From Orbicella franksi (lineage: Eukaryota), in the NCBI GenBank assembly GCA_964199315.1, contig OZ116699.1, positions 31,620,001 to 31,684,000 on the forward strand: a stretch of DNA of 64,000 nucleotides, in the 5' to 3' direction. Numbering within the stretch: the first letter of the stretch is position 1; each line of letters begins with the position of its first letter. The notes beneath the pieces were generated by a model that was given only the letters and a program-made list of their open reading frames with translations, had not been told where the DNA came from and did not search any database. Of the stretch, positions 63,255 to 64,000 are shown one piece after another. The translations under genes and the position numbers were made by a program.

Positions 63255-63696
63255 CGAAAGACTTGAAATCTCAATGTCAAATTCAGAACGCCTTAATGGT
63301 TTTCAAGTCTTTAAACTGTCTTGTTCTGGAATATCTCACGTCTAAATTTATAAAGCGAAATGAATCAAGCTATTCTCTGAGGGACTCGGTAAACAAACTT
63401 GTTGTCCCCTTTCCAAGAACTAACTACATGAAAAATACTTTTAGTTACAGCGGCGCTACCCTTTGGAACAGCTTACCCTGTAACATTAGAGAGTCAGGTT
63501 CATTGGACAAATTTAAACGCCTTCTCTACCATAATTTTTAAACACGGCATTCATGGAAACCAGGATTTTTCTTAAGTGGCATATTAATGTAAGTTACTAT
63601 AATGTTAGGATTTGGATTTTTAGTCATTATTATGTAATTTTTTCTACCTGATGTTTTTACCGTGTATAAAAAATGATTAAAGATTAAAGATTAAAG
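63255..63696 (+). mobile_element. 5'-truncated L2/CR1-type LINE 3' end
   Basis: ORF2 C-terminus MVFKSLNCLVLEYL..YSLRDSVNKLVVPFPRTNYMKNTFSYSGATLWNSLPCNIRESGSLDKFKRLL*, a 3' UTR starting acacggcattcatggaaaccagg, and a (GATTAAA)3 tail. Confidence 0.88.
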
Positions 63697-64000
63697 TGTG
63701 ACACCAATAACTTGATTACTGTTTTACTTCTCTACAAGTTGTTTCACGAGTTGGTCGAATGCAGTTGAAAAAAAAGGAAAAATGATATAATTTCAATTAA
63801 ACACGAATTCCTGAAGATCGCAAAAATTAGTACCCAGCAAGAAAATAGCCAGTCTTCTTCTGTCGCAAAAGTTAGTTCCCACAAAATACAAAATATTGCC
63901 TATTCATAAAAATAGACTCCTACAAAAATCAGCGCCACAGTGTTCCTAAATTCAATATCTTTCTGTGAACAACCAAAGTTTTACAGACAGATATAACAGG

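Overview
AT-rich eukaryotic genomic DNA with GT-AG introns. The repeat families and gene content point to a cnidarian, probably a stony coral (inference). Four spliced genes were reconstructed exon by exon with consistent reading-frame phases. (1) A CSDE1/UNR cold-shock-domain gene on the minus strand, 14 coding exons at 8942->147, running off the left edge. (2) A canonical Rab8 on the minus strand, 8 exons, 206 aa, ending CTLL. (3) A divergent Rab8-family paralogue on the plus strand, 8 exons, 210 aa, ending CCSS. It lies head-to-head with Rab8, has only 211 bp between the two ATGs, and shares all seven intron positions. (4) A PRDM7/9-like gene on the minus strand, 12 exons at 61258->43286, about 2204 aa. 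It has a zinc knuckle, a PR/SET domain with all three catalytic tyrosines, about 30 zinc fingers including a 5x ~201-bp finger minisatellite, and, instead of a recognisable KRAB, five duplicated phase-0 acidic exons carrying SUMO-interacting-motif-like sequences. Introns and intergenic DNA are packed with transposons whose ends and target-site duplications can be read directly. These include Kolobok-, piggyBac-, Harbinger-, Mutator- and hAT-like elements, a Gypsy relic with a nested 6-bp-TSD element, an AcademH-like element with a RecQ helicase relic, tRNA-derived SINEs and L2/CR1 LINE tails. No rRNA, true tRNA gene or CRISPR array was found. There is one 144-nt assembly gap. All calls come from manual reading and remembered family consensus; no searches were run.
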